64,000 nucleotides of DNA, from assembly GCF_963921235.1 (NCBI RefSeq), contig NC_086097.1, positions 9,424,001-9,488,000 of the forward strand. Direction: 5' to 3'. Both the position numbers and the translations under genes were made by a program. Below are positions 36,121 to 48,555 of this stretch, in pieces; the first letter of the stretch is position 1; every line of letters starts with the position of its first letter. Origin of the DNA: Mobula hypostoma (taxonomy: Eukaryota). Below the pieces are notes generated by a model. It saw only the letters and a list, made by a program, of their open reading frames with translations. It searched no databases and was not told the DNA's origin.

Positions 36121-39011
36121 TACAATATATAAAATCATTGCAACACACCAATATCGCTGAATCAGTAGGAGCCCTGGGCTTGTTTCCCTGCAACAAGATG
36201 GTCCCATCGAGGGGTGATGGGAGACAGCGATACTCGAAGGGGGTTCCTTATGTCCAGTCTATTCCGCAATTTAGTTTTCCTTGCATTCATTGCAGAAAAC
36301 CCCGCTTTTGCAGAGATATATTGGAAATGGAAGCAACGTTTTCAGTGCTTTCCTGGCTCTCTCATGATATTCAGCCTTGACTGTGATCCAGAATGCCGGC
36401 AGATGTTATGTCAAACATATTTTTCAGCCCGCCGTCATTTACAAACTCGAGGAGTTGATCTCCTTCCCGCGCTGACATGGATTACACATGTGTAATGACC
36501 TCGTGTGTGTTCAAGTTCAACAGTGGACGTGATAGGAAATGAGGAAATGTGCAGCTGACTCATATCACCAAATCATATCGTTTCCTCACGGCTCGGTAGC
36601 ACACGCTTTGCGGCCCGGTGATTGGGGACTACTGGCCTAGGTAATGGGGGTCCTTAATAATGGATGCTGCTATCCTGCCACACCGATCCTTGTGAATGTG
36701 CTCAGTGGTGGGAAGGGCATTATATGGGATGGACTGGGCTCAAGGCTAAGTTCTTTTCCTTCCCTTCTTTATATCTGCTAAGGACTGTTGGAGTGCCAGG
36801 CATCATAGTTGAATGTTCCTCTTGTGGGATGTGGGAAGGCAGGGAGACCTTCAGTGTCCCTGATGACTACAACTGGGAGAAGTGTTGGAAATGGATGAAC
36901 TCTGGATCATTTGGGAGGCTGAGGGGGTGATGGATGGGGCATTTAGAGAGGTGGTTACACCAAAGGTGCAGGACACAGGAAACTGGGTGACAATCAAGAC
37001 CTGAAAAGGGTTAAGGAGCCATGCAGCCATAAGTAGACCCTATGGCTATTGCCCTCAACAACAGGTATATCACTTCCAATACTGTCAGGGTGGGGATGAG
37101 CTAACAGTGGTCGGGTTTCTGGCACTGAAGAAGAGGCACATTGTGGTGATAGAGGATTCATTACTTAGCAGAACGGACAGGAGGTTCTGTGGGCGAGAAC
37201 AAGATTCCCGGATGGGATGTTGCCTCGCGTGTGCCAGATTCTAGGATATCTCAGATCGAGTCCCCAGCATTCTTAACTGGGAGAGTGAACAGCCAGAAGT
37301 CGTAGTCCATGTAGGTACCAATAACATGGGCAGGATGAGTGACAAGGCTCTGCATTGTGAGTTCAGAAAGTTAGGTGTTAAGTTAAAGGGCAGAACCTCC
37401 AGGGTTGTGATCTCAGAATTGATACACTTGCTATGTGCTAGTGAAGCCAGAACTTAGAAGATTATACAATTTAATACGTTGCTAAGCAGTTTGTGTAGGA
37501 AGGGGGGCATAAGAATTTTGGATAATTGGGCTCTCTTCCAGGAAGGGTGGGACCTGTACAAAAGGCACATTTGCACCTAAACTGAACTGGACTAATATCC
37601 TGGCAGGAAGATTTGTTAATGCTACACATGGGGTTTAACCTAGAGTTGCAGGGGAATGGGAACCAGATTGCCAGAACCGTTAGTGTAAAGACTGCGGAGG
37701 CAGATGATAGTAGGATGTCAGACATAGTTAGGAATCAAAAGGCTGAGTATGGTGCGAATAGTGTCCTGAGCTGTGTATATTTCAATGCAAGAAGTATCGT
37801 AGGAAAGGCAGATGATAGTGCTGAAGATGTGGTAGCTGGTTTACAAATAAAGACAATGTGCAGTGAGGAGAGGCTGCTGATAAGGCAAAATTGCAGTCAA
37901 TATGATAAGTTGCAACATAAAAGGTGGACAAATCCGAAAAGGATGAATACAGGACTGAAGCTGTCATATTTGAATGCAGGCTGTATACGGCATAAGGTAA
38001 ATGAACTTGTAGTGCTGTTGCAGATAGGCAGGTATGATGTTGCAGACATCACAGAATCATGGCTGATTAAATCAAATCATTGGAAAGTGGTGGCATGGGG
38101 TCAGAAGGTATTGAATCATTGTGGATAGAGCTAAGGAACTGCAACATTAAAAATACCATGATGGGAGTTGTATACAGATCCCCAAACAGTAGTAAGGATG
38201 CGGTCTAAACATAGGAGGTAGAAAGTACATGTCAGAAGGGCAATGTTCGAGTAGTCAGGGGAGATTTCAATATGAAGGTAGATTTGGAAATCAGGTTGCT
38301 TCTGAATTCCAGGAAGGGGAATTCTGAGAGTGCCTATGAGATGGCTATTTAGAGTAGCTCATGCTTGAGCCCACTTCCAAATCAATTATTCTGGATTGGG
38401 TGTTGTGCAATACATCAGAATTGATTAGAGAGTAAAATAACCCTTAAGAGAAAATGTTCATAATATAACCGAATTCACTCTGAAAGTTGAGAAGGAGAAC
38501 TTAAAGTCAGAGGTATCAGTATTACAGTGGAATAAAGGGAATTAGAGAGGCATGAGAGAACAGTTGGTCAGAATTGTTTGCGAAAGAACACTGGCAGGGA
38601 CGATGGCAGAGCAGCAATGGCTGGAATTTCTGGAAGCAACTTGGAAGGCACGGGACATCTGTAACATGCCGTAATGTTTCACTGTTAATGTAATGGATTC
38701 TCTGTAGCAGCAATGTTTGAGCTATGACTAGGGATCACAGGGCTTTGGAACGTGGGGGTTATCCAATGAGAGAAAAGTTCTTCTTTCGTGTGAGTCTGGA
38801 AGAGAGATTTTGGCAGTTTTTGCCGGGGAGAGATGAGGAGAGAAGACGCGAATGGAGAGAGTTGGTAGACTGCTGGATGGAGTGGACTTGGAGCGAGGAT
38901 CCGAAGGTCAGCAACGATCAGAGGAGGTCGAATGTGGATGACCGGCTTATCAGTGAGCTCCACCATTGCACAATAGACTGCTTCATGAAAATGGGCCCTT
39001 TTTCTTTGTTT

Positions 39012-39171
39012 AAAAACGTAAACACGAGGAATTCTGCAGATGCTGGAAATTCAAGCAACACACATCAAAGCTGCTGGTGAACGCAGCAGGCCAGGCAGCA
39101 TCCCTAGGAAGAGGTACAGTCGACGTTTCGGGCCGAGACCCTTCGTCAGGAGGGTGTGTGATGTGTGTTTC
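39012..39171 (-). mobile_element. PLE-derived hammerhead unit inserted in the LTR
   Basis: 13-bp TSD TTTTTCTTTGTTT; absent from the related solo LTRs. Confidence 0.85.
39116..39152 (-). ncRNA. Minimal type I hammerhead ribozyme motif (best-preserved core, stem I truncated)
   Basis: Minus strand reads tc-CTGACGA-A-GGGT-CTCG-GCCC-GAAAC-GTC-gactg. All catalytic core nucleotides are present; activity is untested. Confidence 0.7.
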
Positions 39172-42100
39172 TTTTTCTTTGTTTTTTCACTAACCATATA
39201 GTCAAAATAAGAATTATGAAGCTCAATCTTAATCGCATATTGTTTACTGTTTGTTATTTCGTGGTACTGATTTGTAACAGAGACACAGCGCACAGCATCC
39301 ACCCAAACAAGATTTCTTAAGTTTGGCCGGGCCAGGGGCTATCACCCCCTATATTAAGCTGCTAGCTGAAGCGAGAGTTACAATTGTGGGAGCTACATTT
39401 AAGATTGATTCTGTTGGTGCTGTGTGATTACCCTGAGCAATGAACCAGTAGGGCAGATACTTGTACTCCAGATGAATTGTTAATTCACCTGTTAAATACT
39501 GTTAAAGGTGCTATTGTGGGCAGAGGTTTGATAAAATGGCTGGCGCAGCTCTTGCTTTAATGCAGACCAGCACTAAGGTAGCGGTAGCTGGGGGCAGAGA
39601 TTTCAAAGACAGGGTTCTCTTGTTTCTGAGGAGTGAGGGGAAAGAGTGGTCGGATTTGGAATGTCTAATTAGTCCACATACCCCGGTGAAGAGTGAGAAT
39701 TCTGAGTTAGTTTCCCCCCTTACTTCTCTGGCGAATAAATGGAAATATCTGAAATCAAAGTCCCAGCTATGGCAGGCTCCGCCTATTCTCTGGAATAACG
39801 CCCACTGCTAAAGGGGAGGAGGAGTATGAGACTTGGACGGAGCAGGGCTCTCAGTTGTTAGATGAGTGGCAGTGCTGTGATAATGAAAAGTGACAGAGTT
39901 TGGTTGAAAGTTCGAATGGGTGAGTCGCTGACGTTGTGAGAGCTGTCAGGTTGAAGTCTCCCGTAGCAACAGCTGTCAATTACGTGCAAGCACTGGACAA
40001 TGCTTTGGGCCTAACAGGAAGCCCAATGGAGCTCATGGTGGGGTTTCAGGAGATGCGCCAGGAGAAGGGGGAGAAGCTTTCTGCTTTTATTTTTCGGCTA
40101 GAGAAGCAGCTAAATTGCTTGCAGCGCAGAGGGGTCATTCAGGCGGCTGAGGTGGATCAGTTAAGAATGGACCAGATAGCCAGAGGTGCCCCGTCCCATG
40201 AGCTGATTGCTTGGGGTTTCCGACAGTCTCGTAAGACACACCCCTCTCATCTTTTGTGGAGCTGATCAGAGAGGTACGGGAGGAGGAGAACGCGGTGGAG
40301 GCGCGGGAGTACTCCGTCAGCAGGGTACAGTCTTCAGTAGTAGTCCCCTGCGGTGAAGTGCACAGATCGCCTACCTTGGGGAGCGATAGAGGAGATTGTG
40401 ATAGAGTTGAGAATAGTGATATGTCTGTTGATATCAGCGGGTGTGAGCCCCCCATATGATGGATCTGATGGGGGGGGATTCCCCAAGGGGACAAACAATG
40501 CGGAGGGCTGCTGGCAGCAGGTGTCACGCCTGAAGGAGAGTGAGCCCCCGGGTACCTCAGCAGGGAGAGCTGTTGGGAAAACCTAGAGGAGACCCAGTGA
40601 GGGGAAAGGCCTCAGGTCTCTGGGGGAACACGTTCCCAGCAATGTACCAAGGAACTCCCGAAATCGAAAGGCCCAATTCCTGAAGGCTTAGTGGGTCCAC
40701 GCTCCAGTGTGTCGCTATGGATAGAGGGTATTTATACTAAAGCCATACTCGACACAGGGTCACAGGTCACGTTATTGTACCATTCGTTTTACAACCGGTA
40801 TCTGAAGCATTTACCATTGACACTATTCAGGGTACTGGAGATCTGGGGGCTTAGTGCTAGTGATTATCCATATGACGGTTATTAGTCAGTGAAGTTGGAG
40901 TTCTTGGACACCGATGTGGGAGTGTCTGAGGTCCTTGATATGTTGGTGCTGGCTTGTCCGGACCCTGTTAAGACGGGTGGTGTTTCAATTCTGGTGGGGA
41001 CCAACACCCCTCTTGTGAAGAGGCTACTGGGGGCCTGCAAGGAGAAGGCTGGCGAGAGCTTTCTGGGAACGTCCGTGCACCCGAAATTTCCGGCGGCTTC
41101 TGAGGAAGTGTGTGGCTACATCAGGCCAGATACTGAATTTAGATGAGGGACTATATCACCTCCTATATTAAGCTGCTAGCGGAAACAAGAGTTACACATC
41201 CTGAAGAGGAAGAATTATTCTAAAGGAAAGATGACTGAACCATGGCTAACAAGAGAAGTCAAAGTCATATAAAAGCCAAAGAGAGGTCATAATAATAGAG
41301 CAACAATTAGTGGGAAGTTAGAGGATTGTGAAGCTTTTAAAACCACCAGATGGCAACGAAACAGGTCACTAAGAATGTAAAGATAGAATGGGAAAGTAAA
41401 CCAGCCAATAATAAAGATATCAAAAGTTTCTTCAGATACATAAAAAATAAAAAAAGACAGGCAAGAGTGGATACTGGAGCACTGGAAAACTATAGCATGA
41501 CAGCATGAAGGGATATGTGGAGAAGACAGGAGACTGGCACTGAGAAAGAAATTGGATCTGCCATTACGAAATGGTGGAGCAGAGTGGATGGGCCGAATGG
41601 CCTAATTCTGCTCCTATATCTTATGGTCTTAACTGCTCAGCCAATTGTTCAGCACAGGTTCTCGGTATTTGACCAGGTTCACTACCCGGGCCGGATGCTT
41701 TCTTTGTGTTCAATGTCCTGAAGGATGCTCTCATGTCAGCCTCAGAGACTGAAATCACATGGACATTGGGGGCCATGGGAGTTCCTGAAGCTTCCTCCAT
41801 GTTTTATTCCTTCATAAAAGATATTGAGCTCATCTGGAGTGAAACCTTGTCATTTATGTCCCTTGGTTTTACTTTGTTTGATCATCCATGTAGATGTCCA
41901 AATATGTTTTAATAGTTATAATTGTACACACCTCTACCACTTACTTGTTTTCATTCATTCACTGTGAAAAACTTACCTCTCATTGCCCCTAAAGATCTTA
42001 CCCTTTTCTTAACTTACACCTCTGCCTTCTAGTTTCAGATTCCACTACCTTGGGAAAAAGGCCATGACCACTCGTCTTATTTATGCCTGTCATGACTTCA

Positions 42101-42431
42101 TAAACCTATTTAGTTCTGTGTACTCTCCCTCAGATTTATTGTACACAATCGAAGCTTCTCTTTTTTTCTCCTTTTTATTTAAGAGAGAATGAGTTTTCTC
42201 TGTCAACAGGGATATGGAACGCAAGGAAATATTTGCTTATCATGGCTTTACATCCAATAAAGGAGGCGGAGAGTTTTCTTTTTGTAACTCTAAAACATAA
42301 AGCTAATTGAAGGGAAATGGATAGGAGCCCAGGTAAACAGGTCATAATTTTGTTTTTCACGAAGTGCGCACAAGTGAGGTGACAGCATAATGATGTATGC
42401 AATTTACATAGTTTTACAATAAATTCACATA

Positions 42432-42895
42432 GTTTTGCAGCTGTATAGGACCCTGGTCAGACCCCACTTGGAGTAATGTGCTCAATTCTGGTCGCCTCAC
42501 TATAGGAAGGTTGTGGAAACCATAGAAAGGCTACAGAGGAGATTTACAAGGCTGTTGCCTGGATTGGGGAGCATGTATTGGGAGAATAGGTTGAGTGAAC
42601 TGGACTTTTTCTCCTTGGAGCGACGGAGGATGAGAGGTGACCTGATAGAGGTGTATAAGATGATGAGAGGCATTGATTGTGTCGATAGGCAGAGGCGTTT
42701 TCCCAGAGCTGAAATGGCTTACACAAGAGAACACAGTTTTAAGGTGCTTGGAAGTAGGTACAGAGGAGATGTCAGGGATAAGTTTTTTACGCAGAGAGTG
42801 GTGAGTACGTGGAATGGGCTGCTGACGACGGTAGCGGAGGCGGATACGATAGGGTCTTTTAAGAGACTCCTGGACAGGTACATGGAGCTCAGAGG
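42432..42895 (+). mobile_element. CR1 ORF2 C-terminal fragment
   Basis: ERLQRRFTRLLPGL..FSLERRRMRGDLIEVYK..FFTQRVVSTWNGL. Confidence 0.9.
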
Positions 42896-44024
42896 TATCC
42901 AGGCAGAGAGTCAGGTGAGGGGGGGAAAGACAAGGGGGGGGGAGACAAGGAGGGGAACAGAACAGTCCAGAAGGGAATCCCTGGTTTGCAGAGGTATTTA
43001 TGTCTCAGCCCCAAAACAAGAATCATGTGCCCACAACAGAAATTGGAGAAAGCCAGAAACCCCGGAACAAGGAACCATGGACCAGAGCGTGGACCGGAAC
43101 ATGGACTTCACGGACAGGACCATGACACTAATTCCGCTCTGTGTCTTATAGTCTTATAGTCAATGTAGGATGGAGATGAGGGGGAATTTATTCAGCCCAC
43201 TTAGTGCATATTGAGCTGCATGAGGTTAAAACAAGGGAAATACTGGAGTATTTTAGCTACATATTGCCAATACAGATGTCAAATTACTTTTGTGCCTTGA
43301 CTTCCTCCACAATTATGTTTCCTTTAAATGTTCTTTTGTGTGCACACCAGCATGAGGCTTGGTATAAAGTATCCAAAAATGTGCCTACGTTCCACCAGCA
43401 TCATCTGCCACTCTGTTTATACAGAAACACAAAATTCGGCCTCAACAAGCCCAATTTCAAACCCACGTTTAAATTAATCTGCCTAGTTCCTGACATAAAA
43501 TACCTCATTTTTATTCTTCCTGAAACATCAGTGTAGCAGAAATGCTAATTGTGACATCTGAATAAGACATGTGTGAAGAGAGTGAATGAGCTTGTATGGG
43601 ATTTGTAGTATAGCACTTAAAAAAAACAAGCACAATCCCTTCATCTTTGCACTAGTATCTGTCAAATTTAAATGCCATCTCATCTATCAACCACGCAGCT
43701 TTTTCATACCTGTCTCTTTTTCTGTGACAAGTCTACCTTTTACCCAAGCACAAATATATATCAATTGGAAAGAGTTTGACACTGACCACACAGTACAAGG
43801 CATAATCCATATAATCCTGCTCGAGCTCTCAGGTCTTCTGCCAGTCCCTTACGTTTAAACAATCTCCCTGAAAATTCAATTGGCAGGTCAGCTATTTTGA
43901 ATTATGTTCCCAAACTGTAGAATTCAATACCTAAAACGTTTAAGGGATGCAGGCTCAGTTAATAAGCAATAATATTGAGAACATGAGAAGAGTCCTTTAA
44001 AGTGAGTCCATCTGTCGTGAGTTC

Positions 44025-44510
44025 AGAGGGGAAGGCCCTGAGTCCTCAGCTTTGCTTGTTGCTCGGCGGCCAGGGCGGTGTTGAAGCGCTCGGTAGAGAT
44101 GGTGCTCGGTGCTCGGTGTCGGAGGGCTGGTTAGAGCCTCAGAGTTTTCGGACGGGCTCAGAATCGGCTGTGGTCAGGTGCTTTCTAGTGCTGCATTGGC
44201 AAGTTTGCGGCACTGGAGGTTCACGGCAGGGAGAGTTTCTCCCTTCTACCGTCTGCGTGAGACGATGGGGCTATCGGGACTTGAGACTTGTTTTACCGTG
44301 CCCATGGTCTGCTCTTTATCAAATTATGGTATTGCTTTGCACTGTCGTAACTATATATTAAAATGATGTGGTTTTGTCAGTTTAGCCTTGGTTTGTCCTG
44401 TGTTTCTGTGATATCTTTCTGGGGGAACATAGTATCATTTTTTAATGCATGCATTTCTAAATAACAATACACGAGGACTGAATGTCTTCATAATCTAAAT
44501 TTATCTAAAT
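44025..44510 (+). mobile_element. Unclassified retroposon 3' region
   Basis: CpG-rich block with sharp edges ending in an ATCTAA-repeat tail; no recognisable ORF. Confidence 0.4.
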
Positions 44511-44514
44511 GTGT

Positions 44515-46330
44515 GGTGATCAGTTGTGAGATATGTTTGTAAACAAGTAATTGGACAATATTTTGATGGATCTATTGTGATTTGCCCTTTAGGTAAAAGG
44601 TATGTTTAACCTTCTGTCAAAAATTCAAACACTTTTTCAGGATTTTTAAGAAAAATAATGTTATGCATTATAGGTACGGATGAAGGCAAGTAACTTTTTA
44701 TATCAATAATTATGAATATTATCACTTCCAGTACTTTTCTAGTTGTGGGTATTTTTTTATAACCTCTTTCAGCACATCCTTTGTAACTTCAGGTATTTGC
44801 ATCTCTTCAATTATGTGTGTGTGCTCTTTTTCCTCCCTAATCCAGTTGCTTCTTGATTTTGTGTTACTTTATTTGACCAGATATTGGACCAAAAGTTCAT
44901 TATCTCTGTGCTTGTTGTAATTTTGCGACGGGGTTGGTGAGATTTTGATGCACTGAATTTAATTTCAATGTCCTAAATAAACTTTTCTCATTGTTTCTGA
45001 ACTGATAATTCTGTTTTCTTCATCTGGTGTATTCCATGTATCTATTTAGTCTGGTTTTGTATGCACCAAGGTTTTGTTTTAATGTATCTATAAACTCTAC
45101 AGTGCTTTTGTTAGGCTGATCATATCTTGTATGAATTTATATTTCCTTAGCATTTCCTTAGCTTTTCTCATAATTTTCTTGCTCAGATTATCCATTTTAT
45201 ACTCCTTTAAAGTGAAATATTTCTACTCTTATGGTTTAAATTTTGTTTTTTAATCTCTTCTCCATTTTGCTGTTCTCACTTCATTACTTAGTTTTGAGTT
45301 TTGTCAATGAGTGCCTGTGTTCTCTATTTTGGAGCCACTGCTGTTAATGCTGCGCAGTATGCTATTCTGTGTAGTTCTTCAAATGTTTCAAGTTTTCCTA
45401 AATGTTGTGGCAATATAATATTGTTGAGACTATTAACAATTTTTGCAAATTTTGGTGACATATTTTGTTTTAGTATGTCGGGTCTTTTTGGCAGGTCAAT
45501 GCCCATATATTCTGTTAGTATAGTGTTAAATATTAGGATAATTTTGTCTGTAAGCTCAGTGTACTTTTATTATTTTTTATTTTTTTCTCAACTCAAGCTG
45601 GTAAAACCTGAGGTACAAGGAAAGCACAGAATACTCATTTGTCAATTTCTAGGAAATTTTGGACTATTCTAAGCAGGTTAGTGTTGTGGCTTTCTGAAGA
45701 TTTACATAGATATATGGTGTAGCCTAAATGGTTAATGATATTGTGTAGTGCCTTTGGGATGACACCAGTTGTAGATATTGTTATCGGAAATATGCGTTCC
45801 TTATCCATGTTCCAAAGACCTTCAATGTCCTCTATTATTTTTTTTTTAGCTCAAGTTTGTAAAACCTGAGGTACAAGCATAGCCAAGCACATTCATTTCT
45901 CAATTGCAACGAACTTCCAGACTCTTCTATTGGTGTTTGGTTTTGTGGCTTTCTGAAGATTTATGTAGCTATTACTGTGTAACTGATGATGAAGTTTGTC
46001 CCAGTATCCTATCATATCTGTCTTAAGTTGTGTTACTGGGTAATATACAGGCATTATGAATGTGTTTACTTCTAATGACCATTTCATGCAGCTCTTTCTT
46101 AACTGCTTGAGTGCTCTCAGTTGTAAGTGGACTTCTCTTGAGAAACACCTGAGGGAGTACTTTAAATGTTGGCGTATCTTTATTGGGTTTTCCGCTGCCT
46201 GCTCGCCCATTCAGCAGTGCATCACTAGTGGTCCGCTTATTATCACGCCCAGAGCTCGCTCCAGGCATGGCCTGGCGATCCCCAAGCAGTGGCCATATCA
46301 CTCCATTCAATAGACACCTCTCCATTTCTA
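44515..46330 (-). mobile_element. Decayed R4/Dong-like non-LTR retrotransposon (N-terminus to start of RT)
   Basis: Minus-strand peptides in the expected order: MKWSLEVNTFIMPVYY, LHRIAYCAALT, IDTLKQNLGAYKTRLNRY..QNYQFRNNEK, WSNIWS, FLTEG*TYLLPK..DPSKYCPITCL. Confidence 0.75.
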
Positions 46331-46834
46331 AAGTGAAAGAGTATTGCTTTCTATAACTACAGCCAGGTTTTAGTTTCAGACGCCCCTAACATGGGGAGCA
46401 GATCCTGACCAGAGCACCGCCCAATTTGGGTACAGATGTGTCTGGATTCTAATTTTTATTATACAGTATGTTGTGCACTCATAGGTTTTGCCTCATGTTA
46501 TTACAATGAATAAAATTTAGATTAATTCATTGTAAAAATAAAACTATGATTGTGGGACATAATCATGGTGATTATGGTTAATAGATCCAAATGGAAAATT
46601 TTACATTCAGCCATTCTAGATGAAGAATCTCTTAGATTTATACACGCTCACTGTGAGTCAGAGATTTACTGACAGATTCAAGAACCCAGGCCCATGGAGT
46701 CTAGTAATGGGTCCTGGGTTTGCTCAAATTCGCCAGCAATATCCAATAGAATTCCTGCACCCTCGCAAATCATACACCATGTCAATCATTGTCACCAAAT
46801 CAGAAGATTTTAGGCCTAGAAATCTGACAGCTAA

Positions 46835-47130
46835 AAACTAGATGGTATGAGCAGCACATATTCCATCGTGGTAGCCTTCAACCTGATGGCATGAATATTG
46901 ATTTCTACTTCCAGTAATTTTTCCCTCCCCCTTTCCTCTTCTTCTATTCCCCTTTCTGGGCTCCTACCACTTCTCCTTATTTGCCTATCATCTCCCCCTG
47001 GTGCCACTCCTCCAGCTCTTTGTTCCACAGTCCACTCTCTTCTCCTATCAGATTCCTTTTTCTCCAGACCTTCGCCTTTTCCACTTATCATTTCTCAGCT
47101 TCTTACCTTATCCCCCTCCTCCACCCACCT
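46835..47130 (+). mobile_element. PLE 3' fragment
   Basis: EQHIFHRGSLQPDGMNIDF followed by the pyrimidine-rich tract. Confidence 0.75.
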
Positions 47131-47779
47131 GGCATGGCAGGTGTCTGAGGTGGGCTGGCGGCTGGCCCCTCCCTTTGTTGCTGCTCTCCAGTGTTTGCTC
47201 TCGAGAACAACTGGATTGTGTTCGCCTGTGGCTGCACTTGCGTGTGATGCCCGGACTGCTGCCGGCTTGTTCTTGTTGGCAACATACCATGCACCACCCA
47301 TCTGAAGGGCATGACACTTGAAGATTTGCCTGTATTATTATTTTTTGTGACTGTATGTTTACTGCTATTGAAATTATATGTGCTATTTGTGTGATGTGCT
47401 GTGTATGACTGTTGGTACTGGGTTTTGTTATCCATGTAATCCATACTGAACTATTATTCTGCCTAGTGCCATCGACCCATACCCAGACCATAGCCCTCCA
47501 TACTCTTCCTGTCTATATACTTATCCAAACCTCTCTTAAGTATTGAAATCAAATCTCTGTCCATGTTTATGGAAGAGCTCAGGTTGGCAGCTTGCTCAGC
47601 ATGGACAAGTTGGGCTGAAGACCCTTGCCAGCACTGTATAAATTCTAACTTGTGCATTCTTGTATTTGATGCCATGCTGAGAACTACCTTCACTAACTTA
47701 ATTCATAGGAAGAAGGGGGTGACATACTTAAAGGATAATGGATATTAAAGTGACATACATAAAGGATGAGCTGGTTTCA

Positions 47780-48550
47780 CATTGAATTTAAAAAAAACTG
47801 AAATCTGATCTTATTGAAAAATGAAATTTCTGAGGGGCCTAACAGCATGGATGCTGAAAGAATGTCCCCTCTAATGGGAGTATCTAGAATGGGATGGGAG
47901 GGGAGAGTGGTGGAGAGCATTGTATCGGAATAAAAGGAAACCTACTTAAACCTGAGTAGGAGAGGTTTTTCTACCTTCTGAGAATAATGACTCCTTGACA
48001 TTCTTTATTCCAGACAATGATGGAAGTTGAGTTCTTTATTGCATCAAAGTTGAAATTGTCTATTAGTTAAACCACAAGTGGATCAAGAGGTATGGGTAGA
48101 GGGCAGGAATGTAATGTTGAGACCAAGGTTTGATCAGCCAGAATCTTAACAAATGGCAGGGCCATATTTCTTGTGTTAAACATGAAACACTTAACAATGC
48201 AGCACAAGAAGAGGGCTTTCAGCTCATAATGTCTCACAGCTCCCAACTCCATTATTGTATCTGCTTCTAGGCACCTACCACCCTCTGTGTTAAACAAAAA
48301 CTTGCTCCACACATATCCTTTAAACTTACCCCCTCTCGCCTCAAATGTTCATCTTCTGGTATTTGACACTTCCACTCTGGAAAAAAATGATTTTGACTGG
48401 CTATCCTATCTTTGTCTCTCTTAATTTTATGAACTTCTATTAGGTCTCCCCTCAGCTTCCGATGTTCCAGAAAAAAAACAAGGCAAGTTTGTCCAACATC
48501 TTATAACTCATGCCCTCTAATCCAAGCAACATGCTAAAGCTCTTCTGCAC
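47780..48550. mobile_element. Two tail-to-tail decayed CR1 3' fragments
   Basis: The plus fragment (~47780-48170) resembles 61480-61860; the minus fragment (~48185-48550) resembles 62760-63200. Confidence 0.55.
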
Positions 48551-48555
48551 ATTTC

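Larger units (their letters stand above)
34116..36634 (-). mobile_element. Non-autonomous hAT (Charlie/Buster-like) composite element, copy 1
   Basis: TIRs caggggtccccaacc / attggggactactg and 8-bp TSD GCCTAG(C/G)T. A transposase C-terminal remnant lies at ~36165-36480. It interrupts a minus-strand Rex1 3' fragment (33841-36740). Confidence 0.9.
38660..41196 (+). mobile_element. Internally deleted Gypsy LTR retrotransposon (PNMA-like gag, protease)
   Basis: 5' LTR at 38660-39382 (TG..CA), only ~45 bp of the 3' LTR, and 4-bp TSD CATC. Gag-like QEKGEKLSAFIFRLEKQL and protease ILDTGSQVT; no RT or integrase. Confidence 0.9.
36750..41630 (+). mobile_element. Decayed CR1 LINE (ORF1 zinc finger and esterase, ORF2 endonuclease) interrupted by a Gypsy element
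   Basis: VECSSCGMWE, VVIEDSL and VVHVGTNN (SGNH-like), LSYLNAGCIRHK and GDFN. CR1 sequence resumes at 41197, with its tail at ~41510-41630. Confidence 0.85.

Noticed and set aside
46360..46425. Possible HDV-like ribozyme upstream of the R4-like element (minus strand)
   Set aside because: Partial P2, P3/L3 and CUAA features are visible, but I could not build P1.1 or a clean P1/P3. It would need a family consensus and a descriptor search.
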